From NCBI GenBank assembly GCA_964623775.1, contig CAZUVH010000002.1, positions 110,454-174,453 of the forward strand: a stretch of 64,000 bases of DNA, written 5' to 3'. Source of the stretch: an uncultured Candidatus Saccharibacteria bacterium. GTDB lineage: Bacteria > Patescibacteriota > Minisyncoccia > Phycocordibacterales > UBA2100. Below the pieces are notes generated by a model, which was not told the DNA's origin, did no database searches, and saw only the letters and a program-made list of their open reading frames with translations. Positions 29,066-38,681 of this stretch are shown piece after piece; the stretch's first letter is position 1; the number at the start of each line of letters is the position of its first letter. A program made the position numbers and the translations under genes.

Positions 29066-29425
29066 ATGGGACACAAGAGAATCCTTTCGTTCGGGCATGC
29101 GCTCAGTGGTATACGAATTGCCTGGCGCGAAGAGGTACACTTCAAATTTCACGTCGCGACCGGTCTTATCGCAATTATGGCGTCGTGGGCATTTCGTATC
29201 ACCACGACCGAATTCCTTATTGTACTTACGATGATCGGCATGGTCATGACTGCGGAAATATTTAATACGGCACTCGAGGAACTCTGCGACAAGTTCTCCC
29301 CCACCCATGACCCGCATATTGGAAAAATTAAGGATCTCGCAGCGGCCGCAGTACTCGCCTCATCTGTCACCGCATTTACGGTCGGGCTGATCATTTTCTA
29401 CCCGTATATACTCACAATCGCATGA
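29066..29425 (+). CDS. dgkA: Diacylglycerol/undecaprenol kinase
   Basis: SF.HA..GI....E..F, EIFNTALEELCD, KDLAAAAVL. Confidence 0.92.
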   Translation: MGHKRILSFGHALSGIRIAWREEVHFKFHVATGLIAIMASWAFRITTTEFLIVLTMIGMVMTAEIFNTALEELCDKFSPTHDPHIGKIKDLAAAAVLASSVTAFTVGLIIFYPYILTIA

Positions 29426-29958
29426 CGGGATGGGATGAGAGTATATTGTTTGCGCTCTATTCTATTCGCACGCCAGGCGGGGTTGATTTTTTTTCGACAC
29501 TGTCCCATCTCGGCGGTACCGTGATGGTGATCGCTGTGTGCATTTCCGCCGCGATCATTCTTTCTCGCGGTCGTGTATGGGCGCATGCACTCGGCATGAT
29601 CCTCGCACTCGCCGGAAGTGTCGGGACTGCGCATTTTCTCAAACTCCTACTGCAATACTCAAGACCGGACGATTTTCTGCACGCGATACCGGCAATCGGC
29701 TACGGCTTCCCAAGCGCACATGCAGCGGCTGCAATGGCTCTCTATGGCTTTCTTGCCTGGTACGTAGGGGAAAAGTCCTTGCGCTTTCGCATTCTGGCGA
29801 CGGCCCTTGCCGGACTTATCATCATTCTCGTCGGATTGAGCCGGATGTATCTCGGTGTACATTTTGTTACAGACGTCGTTGGTGGATACTTGATCGGAAT
29901 AATTTTTGTGTGGATCGGCGTGCGTGTCACGCGCACACTGGAGCGTTTTGAGGAATAA
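29422..29958 (+). CDS. PAP2 family phosphatase
   Basis: K......RP, FPSAHA, SRMYLGVHF.TDV. Confidence 0.92.
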   Translation: MTGWDESILFALYSIRTPGGVDFFSTLSHLGGTVMVIAVCISAAIILSRGRVWAHALGMILALAGSVGTAHFLKLLLQYSRPDDFLHAIPAIGYGFPSAHAAAAMALYGFLAWYVGEKSLRFRILATALAGLIIILVGLSRMYLGVHFVTDVVGGYLIGIIFVWIGVRVTRTLERFEE

Positions 29959-29964
29959 AATAAT

Positions 29965-30735
29965 ATGACAATTCTCGACAGCGTAACACTCGGCATCATA
30001 GAAGGAATCACTGAATTTCTTCCGATCTCATCGACCGGCCACCTCATCCTCGCCAATGAAATTCTCGGTATACAAAGTACGGAATTCGTAAAATCGTTTA
30101 ATATTGCAATCCAGTTCGGCGCGATTCTCTCCGTCGTCGTTCTCTACTTCAAGTCATTTCTCAACGTCGAAATACTTAAGCGACTTGTTATCGGATTTAT
30201 TCCGACGGGAATTATCGGTCTTGCGCTCTACCAGGTAGTTAAAACGCACCTACTCGGTAGTCACACTGTCGTACTGTGGGCACTTCTTCTTGGTGGTATC
30301 GCACTAATCCTATTTGAATACCTGCACCGTGAGCCGGAAGATGCTGCGGATTCCATCGAAGCGATATCATACAAACAAGCGGCGCTTGTCGGATTATTTC
30401 AAAGTATTTCCATCATTCCTGGCGTATCACGCTCGGCGGCCACCATCATTGGCGGTCTTCTCCTCGGGATAAAACGCACGACGATCGTGGAATTTTCCTT
30501 TCTGCTCGCCGTACCGACAATGCTCGCTGCGACGAGCCTCGATATCCTCAAAACGTCGGCGTCCTTCACTGGTAGCGAGATTCTCTCTCTATGTGTGGGA
30601 TTCATCACGGCATTCTTCGTCGCGATGCTTTCGATACGATTCCTGCTCTCATACGTGCGCAAACACTCCTTCGTACCATTTGGTATTTACCGCATTGTGA
30701 TAGCGATCGTATTTTTCCTCTTTATCATCTATTGA
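29965..30735 (+). CDS. uppP: Undecaprenyl-diphosphatase
   Basis: EGITEFLPISSTGHL, IQFGAIL, PGVSRS, EFSFLLAVP. Confidence 0.96.
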   Translation: MTILDSVTLGIIEGITEFLPISSTGHLILANEILGIQSTEFVKSFNIAIQFGAILSVVVLYFKSFLNVEILKRLVIGFIPTGIIGLALYQVVKTHLLGSHTVVLWALLLGGIALILFEYLHREPEDAADSIEAISYKQAALVGLFQSISIIPGVSRSAATIIGGLLLGIKRTTIVEFSFLLAVPTMLAATSLDILKTSASFTGSEILSLCVGFITAFFVAMLSIRFLLSYVRKHSFVPFGIYRIVIAIVFFLFIIY

Positions 30736-31638
30736 TCAGTCTTTACCTAAAATCGTCTTGAGAAGCGCCATGCGCACCAAGACGCCGTAGCGCGCCTGCT
30801 TGAAATAGACCGCGTGCGGTGAATCATCGACTGCCGGCTCGATCTCCCCAGCTCTTGGGAGCGGATGGATGAGAATTGCGCCTTTTTTCATAGCATCGGT
30901 CATTGGCCTCGTGATTATGAACTGATCCTTGAGCCTCTTGAATTCGCTCTTGCTCATCCACTCTTTCTGCATGCGTGTCTGGTATACGACCTCCGCCTTT
31001 TTCATGGCGTAAGAGAGATCGTCAGTCTCCTCGAACGAAATTTTATGCTCCTTGAGATGGTCTTTTATGTCGTCTTTCATGCGGAGCTCCCTGGCAGATA
31101 CAAAAATTATCCGTATATCGTCAAATTTGCTCAAAAGATACGCGAGCGAACGTGCCGCGCGATAGTATTTGAGATTGCCGACAATGGCGACAGTAAGATC
31201 GTCGACGCGGCCAATCTCGCGGCGGATCGTATAGAGATCCAAGAAGGCCTGGGTGGGATGCTGGCCAGTGCCATCGCCCGCATTAATGATCGGCACACTC
31301 GATACTGATGCGGCGCGCTCGGCAGCACCTGCCTCCGGATGACGCAAGACTATCGCATCGGCATAGCCGCCGACGATGCGCACCGTGTCTTCGATGGTCT
31401 CCCCTTTTGTAGCTGAAGACGACTCGCTCGCATTTTCCATGGATAGCACATTGCCACCGAGGCGCATCATTGCTGACTCAAATGAGAGGCGCGTACGCGT
31501 CGATGATTCATAAAAAAGGGCGGCGAGGATTTTACCCTTGAGAGAATCGTCGCGCTTTTTCTCGAGCTTGTCGGCAAGCCTGAAAAGACGATTGAGGGCT
31601 TCTCGATCGAACTGCTGGGTCCCGATGAGATGCTGCAT
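30736..31638 (-). CDS. pyrB: Aspartate carbamoyltransferase
   Basis: FYESSTRTRLSFE, KGET, INAGDGTGQHPTQ, YQTRMQKE, HPLPR. Confidence 0.96.
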   Translation of the reverse strand: MQHLIGTQQFDREALNRLFRLADKLEKKRDDSLKGKILAALFYESSTRTRLSFESAMMRLGGNVLSMENASESSSATKGETIEDTVRIVGGYADAIVLRHPEAGAAERAASVSSVPIINAGDGTGQHPTQAFLDLYTIRREIGRVDDLTVAIVGNLKYYRAARSLAYLLSKFDDIRIIFVSARELRMKDDIKDHLKEHKISFEETDDLSYAMKKAEVVYQTRMQKEWMSKSEFKRLKDQFIITRPMTDAMKKGAILIHPLPRAGEIEPAVDDSPHAVYFKQARYGVLVRMALLKTILGKD

Positions 31639-31658
31639 CAAAAGTTAAGTATACCCTA

Positions 31659-32282
31659 TTATCCCAAATGGGCGTGATCGTTCCATACCCACAACTTCCA
31701 GGGATTTTCACGACCGTCTTCATAGTATCGAAAAACGGAAATATGGGATTTTTCGGTGTTGGGAATCGCTCTAACAATACGGCCGAGTTCGTGAGCATTA
31801 AATGACGGGCCAAAGATAACGTGAGCAAGAATTGTGCGCATAAAATATCCGTGCGTCACGACAAGCACGTGATCCTCAGGACGACTCTCAAGACATGCGA
31901 GCGCGCGTGCGGCACGCTCTTTGACGCCGGAAAATTCCTCTGTATCCATGAGGATTCCCTCCTCCCACTCCTTTAAGATACGGCTGGCTTCCTCGTCCTT
32001 ACGAAGGCGTCCGTGGAGCACGGAAGGAACCGGTCGTTCGACAAAATCTCGAGAATACTCGACTGGTATATTGATGCTCCTGGAGATCGTTTCGGCTGTT
32101 TCTTTTGTGCGTAATAATGGGCTCGCAAGAATCGCATCGATCCGCAGCCGCTGACATCGGCGGGCGAGCGCATCGGCTTGCCCCCGACCCTTCTCGGTCA
32201 GCTCTGCCATTTCATCATCAACAAATTTCTCCCCCACATTGGACTCACTCTCTCCGTGACGCACGAAATAAAACGTCTTCAT
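31659..32282 (-). CDS. Histidine phosphatase family protein
   Basis: FVRHGES, LTEKG..QA, SPLLR..ETA, VTHG, WND.AHL. Confidence 0.92.
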   Translation of the reverse strand: MKTFYFVRHGESESNVGEKFVDDEMAELTEKGRGQADALARRCQRLRIDAILASPLLRTKETAETISRSINIPVEYSRDFVERPVPSVLHGRLRKDEEASRILKEWEEGILMDTEEFSGVKERAARALACLESRPEDHVLVVTHGYFMRTILAHVIFGPSFNAHELGRIVRAIPNTEKSHISVFRYYEDGRENPWKLWVWNDHAHLG

Positions 32283-32289
32283 TTCTCAA

Positions 32290-33528
32290 TTAGAGCACAA
32301 AATTACCATCCTTGTAGATTATCTTCTTGGAGCCGTTTTTGAGATGCGCGGTCACGGTACGGCGCGTGGTAGAGATAATATCGGTGTGTACCGATGAATC
32401 ATTGAATCCAAGACGTTCTGCCTCTTTTTTTGAGAGCTTCGCGACATTGCCGCTGTACGTATCTTTGTACGACATGCCGAGCGCCATGTGTGTGTTGCCA
32501 TACTTTCCACCCATGTTTTCGTCGAAAAGCGTCTCTGCCATGAATTTGGTGATGCGCGAATGCCGACTGTCGGTAAGAGAGTACTCACCAAGCATGTCGG
32601 CGCCCGGTGTCGCGATCATTTCCTTGAGAACCTTTTCATTTTTCGTCGCACTGCTTTTTACCACCTTGCCATCCTTGAACCATAGCTGGATGCCTTCGAT
32701 TTTGTTGCCGTAGCGATAGAGTGGCTGGTTGAAACGCACCCATCCTTCCGTGCCACGTTTATCCGGCGAGGTGAAGATCTCAAAGCTCGGCACATTGTAT
32801 CCGCGGCCAGAAAGCCACTTTCTTTTCTCGCCAATATTGATCCAGAGATCAGCGTCGGGACCTTCGAGATGCAGTCGGTGAATCTGCGGCGTGAGTTTGT
32901 TGAGTTTCGTGCGGTAGCTCTCCATTTGTTTGTACACCTCGCGCCACTTTTTTATCGGATCAGGGAGATCGAGGAAGCATGCCTTGATGATTTGGTCCCA
33001 GTACGCTTTTTCCGAGAGTCCGGCCTCCTTGGCCATAGCTGGCGTGCCGTACATGCAGATCGTCCAGCCGAATTTACCCGCATGCTGCTTTTCGTTGCGC
33101 CAGTCCATGAAAGGCTTCATTGCCTGTCCGCGCATCATGATCTTTTTTGGATCAATGCCGTCCATGAGGTGCATGTCCTTATCTGCAAGGATATAGATGG
33201 AGTGATCCATTTGATCGATCACGCCGCGCAAATATTTTGCTGGGAAGAATTTGATCTGATCATCCGAGGCGTGTTGATAGAAATAGCGACTCGTCGAGGC
33301 ATTGCGTCGCATATCGCCCGCCTCTTCGTCGGGTGCGTAGTGCGAGAGGACGTGCCCACCGGCATCTATGATCGCGTTGTGGATCGCGAAGAAAAGTGGT
33401 TTGCAAGACTCATTGCCGGAGAGCCTCACGACTTCGCCCTTCTTGATCCCTTTGCCCATATTGAGGGCGAAGTTGACCATGACGTCCGCGTATTTTTCTA
33501 AAATTTTCTGAGATGGTGTATATGACAT
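32290..33528 (-). CDS. Aminopeptidase, M29 family (AmpS/PepS)
   Basis: NVPSFEIFTSP, GEYSL, TLFDEN, HMALG, SSVHTDI. Confidence 0.93.
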   Translation of the reverse strand: MSYTPSQKILEKYADVMVNFALNMGKGIKKGEVVRLSGNESCKPLFFAIHNAIIDAGGHVLSHYAPDEEAGDMRRNASTSRYFYQHASDDQIKFFPAKYLRGVIDQMDHSIYILADKDMHLMDGIDPKKIMMRGQAMKPFMDWRNEKQHAGKFGWTICMYGTPAMAKEAGLSEKAYWDQIIKACFLDLPDPIKKWREVYKQMESYRTKLNKLTPQIHRLHLEGPDADLWINIGEKRKWLSGRGYNVPSFEIFTSPDKRGTEGWVRFNQPLYRYGNKIEGIQLWFKDGKVVKSSATKNEKVLKEMIATPGADMLGEYSLTDSRHSRITKFMAETLFDENMGGKYGNTHMALGMSYKDTYSGNVAKLSKKEAERLGFNDSSVHTDIISTTRRTVTAHLKNGSKKIIYKDGNFVL

Positions 33529-33577
33529 GGAAATAGACTACAGGCGCAATGCTGATTTGTCCATGAAAACCAGCACT

Positions 33578-34183
33578 TTATTTGGTAAATGTAAATGTCT
33601 CGGCAATCGCTTCGAGCATCGAGGAGAACTTCGCCTTATCAAATTCTACGACCACGCCTTCGGGGTAATTGCCGATATTGCCCGAATGTAGGAGCTCAAC
33701 GATCTCAAAACACACTTCTCCATGGACGGTGCGATATGACTTCGTCTCGTAGAGATTGCCAGCGGCGGCACCGGTCGAGGAAAACACATTCCATGATACG
33801 CCATTGATGGTCGTCGTCCCCAGAGAAGTCTCTGACGTGTCTTTGGACGGTTTCGCGCAAGCTATTTTTGCATTCGGGGAGGATGAGGCTCCGATAAATA
33901 CGCCGGCTTCAAGCAAATTCGTTTTGTCGAAAAGTTGTTTGGGAAGTTCGAATGCGACGATTGGGGTAAGGGTGGTGGGCAAGAAGCCTTCAAAGCCATC
34001 GGGCTTCATTTCGTCTTTTTGCTGGTACGTGATTTTGAAGCCGAATATATCATCTTGATAGAGCACGGGTGTCTCAGGTGAGGTGGTGACCGGCAGATCG
34101 CGTATTGCAGGACGTTCCTGATTTTTATACACGGCAAAGGCACTGATTCCAAGTGCTATGAGTAAAATAATGACCCATCGCAT
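33578..34183 (-). CDS. Membrane-anchored exported protein (PsbP-like CPR domain)
   Basis: N-terminal TM, Y.D..FGF.I.Y motif, GAAAGN.YE, terminal TFTF. Confidence 0.7.
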   Translation of the reverse strand: MRWVIILLIALGISAFAVYKNQERPAIRDLPVTTSPETPVLYQDDIFGFKITYQQKDEMKPDGFEGFLPTTLTPIVAFELPKQLFDKTNLLEAGVFIGASSSPNAKIACAKPSKDTSETSLGTTTINGVSWNVFSSTGAAAGNLYETKSYRTVHGEVCFEIVELLHSGNIGNYPEGVVVEFDKAKFSSMLEAIAETFTFTK

Positions 34184-34195
34184 AGTGCCTAGTGT

Positions 34196-34296
34196 ACCAC
34201 TACACCAATAACTGTGATTGTTCGTAATGGAATCAAATACGTACTCATATTGAAATTTGAGATCGTGACATGATCGGCAACTATTGGTGTAGTGGT
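34196..34296. mobile_element. 101-bp element with 15-bp perfect inverted repeats (MITE-like or invertible segment)
   Basis: ACCACTACACCAATA (34196-34210) and TATTGGTGTAGTGGT (34282-34296) flank an AT-rich 71-bp core. Confidence 0.5.
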
Positions 34297-34366
34297 GTAT
34301 CATTCTGACGTGCAAAAACGACCCGCCTTACGAGAAGGCGGGTCGTTTTGTCCAAAAATTAGATTG

Positions 34367-35197
34367 CTACTGCGTACCCCCTGCCGTATTTACTTCGGAA
34401 TTCATCCCGGCATTCGCCTCCAGACCGAGCGACTTTAAAGCCTTGATGATTGATCTCGCGTCAGCGCGAGCGTCGTCTATAGCTTTCAGGCCGGCCTTTA
34501 TTTTTGCCTTAGCATCCTTGAGCGCCTGATTATTTGCGTCCATTGTTGTCTTGTCGCCGTTATCGGGTTTGAGATTTGCAACGAGGGATACAGCAGCGTC
34601 AGCCTGCACTTTGGCATCAGCTATCGACGCATTCATTTCGTTGTAGCTCGCTGTCATCGCGCTCACATCCTTGCCTGCCGATGCTGCTGCATCGATCCTG
34701 GCCTTGAGCTTGCTCGCGAAGGTCGTGAGAGAGCCCGTCACCGTTATGATCTTATCGGCAGCGACCTCAATGCGGCCCTGCGGAATAACGAGCATGAAGA
34801 TACGGTAGCTCTTGGTAATCGACTGGATGTCGGTTTTTAGGGTCTGCAGATCGGTGTCGGCCTGGATTTTCGCCTTGAGCGCCGTGAGATTTGCAACCTC
34901 CGTCGTAACAGTAGCGGCCACGGTCGCTTTTTGTGTAGCTGAGACGCGCGTCATCGCCTGCACTTTTGTATTGAGCTCATTGAGCTTTACGACGCGGCGA
35001 TCAATCTCCTGGCTCGCGCGCTCCTTTGCTTTTGTGATGCGCAGCTCGATCTTCGCATCCGCATTTGCAGCAACTCCCACACCTCCGGCTGCCGCACCGG
35101 CACCCGTGCTTACGCCCGCCTCAAGTGCGAGTACTGGCGTCGCTGCAAGAAGAATGAATGCCATGAATCCCGCAGCTGTTTTTTGAATTGAAATCAT
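34367..35197 (-). CDS. Secreted Ala/Lys-rich coiled-coil protein
   Basis: Signal peptide ...TPVLA, EIDRR...L..L helical repeats; terminator 34315-34349. Confidence 0.85.
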   Translation of the reverse strand: MISIQKTAAGFMAFILLAATPVLALEAGVSTGAGAAAGGVGVAANADAKIELRITKAKERASQEIDRRVVKLNELNTKVQAMTRVSATQKATVAATVTTEVANLTALKAKIQADTDLQTLKTDIQSITKSYRIFMLVIPQGRIEVAADKIITVTGSLTTFASKLKARIDAAASAGKDVSAMTASYNEMNASIADAKVQADAAVSLVANLKPDNGDKTTMDANNQALKDAKAKIKAGLKAIDDARADARSIIKALKSLGLEANAGMNSEVNTAGGTQ

Positions 35198-35245
35198 AAT
35201 GAAATAGTTATTGGATAATTACTTCTTATATAGTCTGTTCTCGAA

Positions 35246-35527
35246 CTACTCTGTCTGCTCCACGGGAGTGTCAGAGGAGTTGGCCGAAGCTGATGCATCG
35301 GATGCGGCAGCTGCCTGTGAATCAATGGCCGAGAGATCAGCGTCAAGCGATGAGTCTGCCTGAATTTGCGTACCATTTGAACCGTTGTCTGCTGGCGGCA
35401 CTACCTGCTGATTCTGATCCTGTACAACCATCTCTTGCGAAGGTGCGGATGAGCGGGCGAAGTAATACCATGCGCCGCCGACGACCACGACAACTGCGAG
35501 AAGAGACAATATTGTTTTTATAGACAT
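35246..35527 (-). CDS. Small membrane-anchored low-complexity protein
   Basis: N-terminal TM ending GGAWYYF, then an S/D/Q-rich tail. Confidence 0.75.
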   Translation of the reverse strand: MSIKTILSLLAVVVVVGGAWYYFARSSAPSQEMVVQDQNQQVVPPADNGSNGTQIQADSSLDADLSAIDSQAAAASDASASANSSDTPVEQTE

Positions 35528-35775
35528 AATGAACCAAATATTTCTGAATTAATAACGTATAAAGTACTTGCAATCCTAGCCTTGCCACGGGCTTTTGCCA
35601 ACAGAGCTTCGTGGGGACAGCTCTTCATGAATAGACGCTGAAACAGAGATTCTCTTACGGGCGACGTAGAACATGAGAAATTCAAAAGCTCGCTTTTGAA
35701 TTTCCGAGTCGAGGAGCCCGAAACCAATTTATTGGTTTACAGATGAAGTACGGCGGCGAAATCTGGCGATCTACG

Positions 35776-36153
35776 TCAGAATAACGTAGATTTCACCGCA
35801 TTTTTCTGCTGCATACGGGTGAGCGCGAGGTAGAGCGCCGCCGCAGCTATCGAGAGATCGCGAAAAACCACCTGCATCTGCGAGAAATCGAAAAAGACAA
35901 TCGCAAGAAGGAGGCCAGCCGCTGCAAGGGACGGCAGAACAATTTTCCAACCCGACAGAATCCAGAGAGCGATCAACACCTCAATGATGCCAAATACGTG
36001 CAAGAGGACTAAGTCGTCTACATATCCGCGGGTGAAAGCCGGAAAATATCCAATCCATGAGTATGGATCGGAAAGCGCATTGATCGGTGGATACAAGAAG
36101 GCGAAGGCGACCCCACCGCGCAATATCCAGTCCGCGATTCTATGCAAATCCAT
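35776..36153 (-). CDS. DoxX-like membrane protein
   Basis: LRGGVAF.FLY, P.SW..Y.P, G..E, RDL; four TMs. Confidence 0.75.
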   Translation of the reverse strand: MDLHRIADWILRGGVAFAFLYPPINALSDPYSWIGYFPAFTRGYVDDLVLLHVFGIIEVLIALWILSGWKIVLPSLAAAGLLLAIVFFDFSQMQVVFRDLSIAAAALYLALTRMQQKNAVKSTLF

Positions 36154-36157
36154 ACTA

Positions 36158-36667
36158 TTATTTTCCATTATCCCGTTCGACCTCGTGGAGAATTTGTTTG
36201 ATATCGGTCTCACTCTCCATATCATCCAATTCGGCATCGTGGACTATGGGCACATTGAGATGGCGCGCGATTTTCTCTTGAAATACAAGGACTTTTGAAA
36301 TCTCTTCCTCTGCACGCACATTCACTTCGAAATCGATCTGCTCGCGGATATCGGCGTTGCGAATCTGACGACTCTGGCTGATAAGAACGATTATCGCAAG
36401 GAGAATTGCCTCCAAAGACACAACCATCGTCAATAAAATAAACGGATATGGATCAAAGACCGGCACGAGCGGCAAAGTGGCTGTGTTGATGAGAAGCCAC
36501 ATGAGGAAAAAAGCAACGTTGATTCCGAAGAAGGTAAGCGAGCCGAATTTTGACGTAAGGAAATCGGCTGTATTATCCTGCCAACTACTCTTGAACTTCA
36601 GATCCGCGCGGAGCTTCTCGTGTCGTGCGCGACTTCTACTTTTCGACGTGCTCCTTGTGTGATTCAT
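36158..36667 (-). CDS. DUF1003 domain membrane protein
   Basis: FGS..F, FDPYPFILL..VVSLEAI.L...VLISQ.RQ. Confidence 0.92.
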   Translation of the reverse strand: MNHTRSTSKSRSRARHEKLRADLKFKSSWQDNTADFLTSKFGSLTFFGINVAFFLMWLLINTATLPLVPVFDPYPFILLTMVVSLEAILLAIIVLISQSRQIRNADIREQIDFEVNVRAEEEISKVLVFQEKIARHLNVPIVHDAELDDMESETDIKQILHEVERDNGK

Positions 36668-36785
36668 ACAATGCTCCCCATTGTACTACGATTTTTTCGA
36701 CGGTTTGCCGAGCGTGATTTGACAAGCATTAATTTATGATGTATTGATATTCCAGGTTAGAACGCCCACAGCAAAGGATCCGGAT

Positions 36786-37292
36786 ATGCTGACTCTCGCA
36801 TTCATCGTGTACATCATCACGGCAGTGCCATGCTTCGTGTACATCTACACACTCGGTCTCGAGAAAAAGCGCTGGCGGCTCTCGATTCAATTCGACCAGA
36901 AAAAGAGCGGCTGGCAGAATTTCCGAGCGCAATTACATGAGGCGCCCGGTCATATGATGGACGAATTCCTCAAGATCCACTGCCCGTGGAGCAAGGAGCT
37001 AAGCATCCATCACCGGGTAAAGGACGTGAAGTGGATGCTCGAGCGCGCCCCAGGCACAACGAGAAAGTGGTCAAAGGACTGGACACTTATGGATTGCAAA
37101 TCGCCGACATACCATCCGCAAATTGCGAACGACTGCTTTGAGCGACGTTCAAAGTTCTGGCTCAGGAACATCGGCGCCTTCCTGATAGCTCCTATCTGGG
37201 TACTGACAATCGCTGCATTATGTGTCGCTTCGTTATCGATAACCCGGGGCTATAAGTTCTTTACGGGAAAGCCTATCCACCCGCAGCTGTGA
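36786..37292 (+). CDS. Hypothetical membrane protein (2 TM)
   Basis: TTGACA upstream, AAAGGA SD, ATG 36786; terminator 37298-37328. Confidence 0.65.
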   Translation: MLTLAFIVYIITAVPCFVYIYTLGLEKKRWRLSIQFDQKKSGWQNFRAQLHEAPGHMMDEFLKIHCPWSKELSIHHRVKDVKWMLERAPGTTRKWSKDWTLMDCKSPTYHPQIANDCFERRSKFWLRNIGAFLIAPIWVLTIAALCVASLSITRGYKFFTGKPIHPQL

Positions 37293-37330
37293 CATTCGAC
37301 CCCGTGCTCTGCGCGGGGTCTTTCTTTTGG

Positions 37331-38590
37331 TTAGTTTAGTCGCTTGAGTGCCACGATGTACGCAGCATCTCGCAGCGAGACCTTGTGAAGCAGGGATTGA
37401 GCGTAGACTTCTGTGGTCGCCGATCGCATTTTTGTACGGAGCTTTTTGAACACCTCTTCTTTTTTCCATTTCTTCTTATTCATATTTTGGAACCATTCAA
37501 AATAGCTGACGATCACTCCCCCGGAATTTGCGAGCACATCGGGAATCACGGTGACGCCGTGCTTACGCAGAATCTCATCGGCTTCGCGTGTTGTCGGACC
37601 ATTGGCGAGCTCAAGTACGAATTTTGCTTTGATCTTGCCCGCGTTTACGTCGGTAATCGCATTCTCGAGTGCGGCAGGCACGACGATGTCGACCGCGAGC
37701 GTGAGGGCTTCGTCGGGAGAGATGTCTTGCCCGCCGAGCTTTTCCATATTGTTGAGATCACACACCGATCCGATGCAGTAGCATCCGGCGAGCTTGCCGC
37801 TTTTTTCTTTGCATTGCGCGACCGCTTCTAAATTCTCGATCCCATTGGGAATATAAATGCCGCCTTTTGAATCCGAGAGGGCGACGATCTTCATGCCGGC
37901 TTCTTGTGCGAATTTTGCGAAATAACTTCCTACATTTCCAAAACCCTGGATTGCGACGGTCATGCCCTTTGGCGACTTTCCCATTTTTTCAAGCAGTGCG
38001 AGCAGCGCGTAGAGACCACCGAGACCCGTCGCTTCCGGACGACCCAGGCTTCCGCCATCTTCGACGGATTTACCGGTGATGACAGCGGGGGCTTTTTTGC
38101 CGATCGCTTTTTCGTATTCGCTTTTGATCCAATGCATGATCTTGGCATTGGTGTTTACATCAGGCGCAGGCACGTCGAGTGTGGGGCCGATTACGGGCAC
38201 GAGTTTCCTCGCAAATTCGCGGGTGAGACGTTCGAGCTCCTTTTCGGAAAGTTCTTTCGGATTCACCGCGACACCGCCCTTACCGCCGCCAAATGGCACA
38301 TTGGCGATTGCATTTTTGATCGTCATCCAGAAAGCAAGTGCTTTCACTTCGTCCATGTCCACTTTCGGATGGTAGCGGAGGCCGCCTTTGTACGGACCAT
38401 TTGTATTATCGTGCTGCACGCGAAAACCACTGAAAACACGTACTGTGCCGTCGTCCATTTTGACGGGTACCGACACCTCTATCACCCGATCTGGATGCTC
38501 GAGCTTGGCGACAAGGAGAGGATCAAGATCGATCTCCTCTGCGGCAATCCGGAGCTGCTCCTTCGCCCGCTCCCAGGGGTTGTTGTTCAT
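37331..38590 (-). CDS. gdhA: Glu/Leu/Phe/Val dehydrogenase (glutamate dehydrogenase)
   Basis: GPYKGGLRYHP, PFGGGKGG, DVPAPD, EATG.G, IQGFGNVG, ELANGP, NSGGV.VSYFEW. Confidence 0.93.
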   Translation of the reverse strand: MNNNPWERAKEQLRIAAEEIDLDPLLVAKLEHPDRVIEVSVPVKMDDGTVRVFSGFRVQHDNTNGPYKGGLRYHPKVDMDEVKALAFWMTIKNAIANVPFGGGKGGVAVNPKELSEKELERLTREFARKLVPVIGPTLDVPAPDVNTNAKIMHWIKSEYEKAIGKKAPAVITGKSVEDGGSLGRPEATGLGGLYALLALLEKMGKSPKGMTVAIQGFGNVGSYFAKFAQEAGMKIVALSDSKGGIYIPNGIENLEAVAQCKEKSGKLAGCYCIGSVCDLNNMEKLGGQDISPDEALTLAVDIVVPAALENAITDVNAGKIKAKFVLELANGPTTREADEILRKHGVTVIPDVLANSGGVIVSYFEWFQNMNKKKWKKEEVFKKLRTKMRSATTEVYAQSLLHKVSLRDAAYIVALKRLN

Positions 38591-38681
38591 GGCGCCATAT
38601 TATCACCAAAAAGACTAGTTTACATATAGCGGACACAGGACATACTGCTTTCAGGGAATCAACCCTGTAGAGGAGAGTTCG

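Noticed and set aside
35560-35630. GGCAAA...GCAAG leader resembling a c-di-GMP-I riboswitch
   Set aside because: It lacks the GNRA tetraloop/receptor and the P2 stem; only local hairpins are seen
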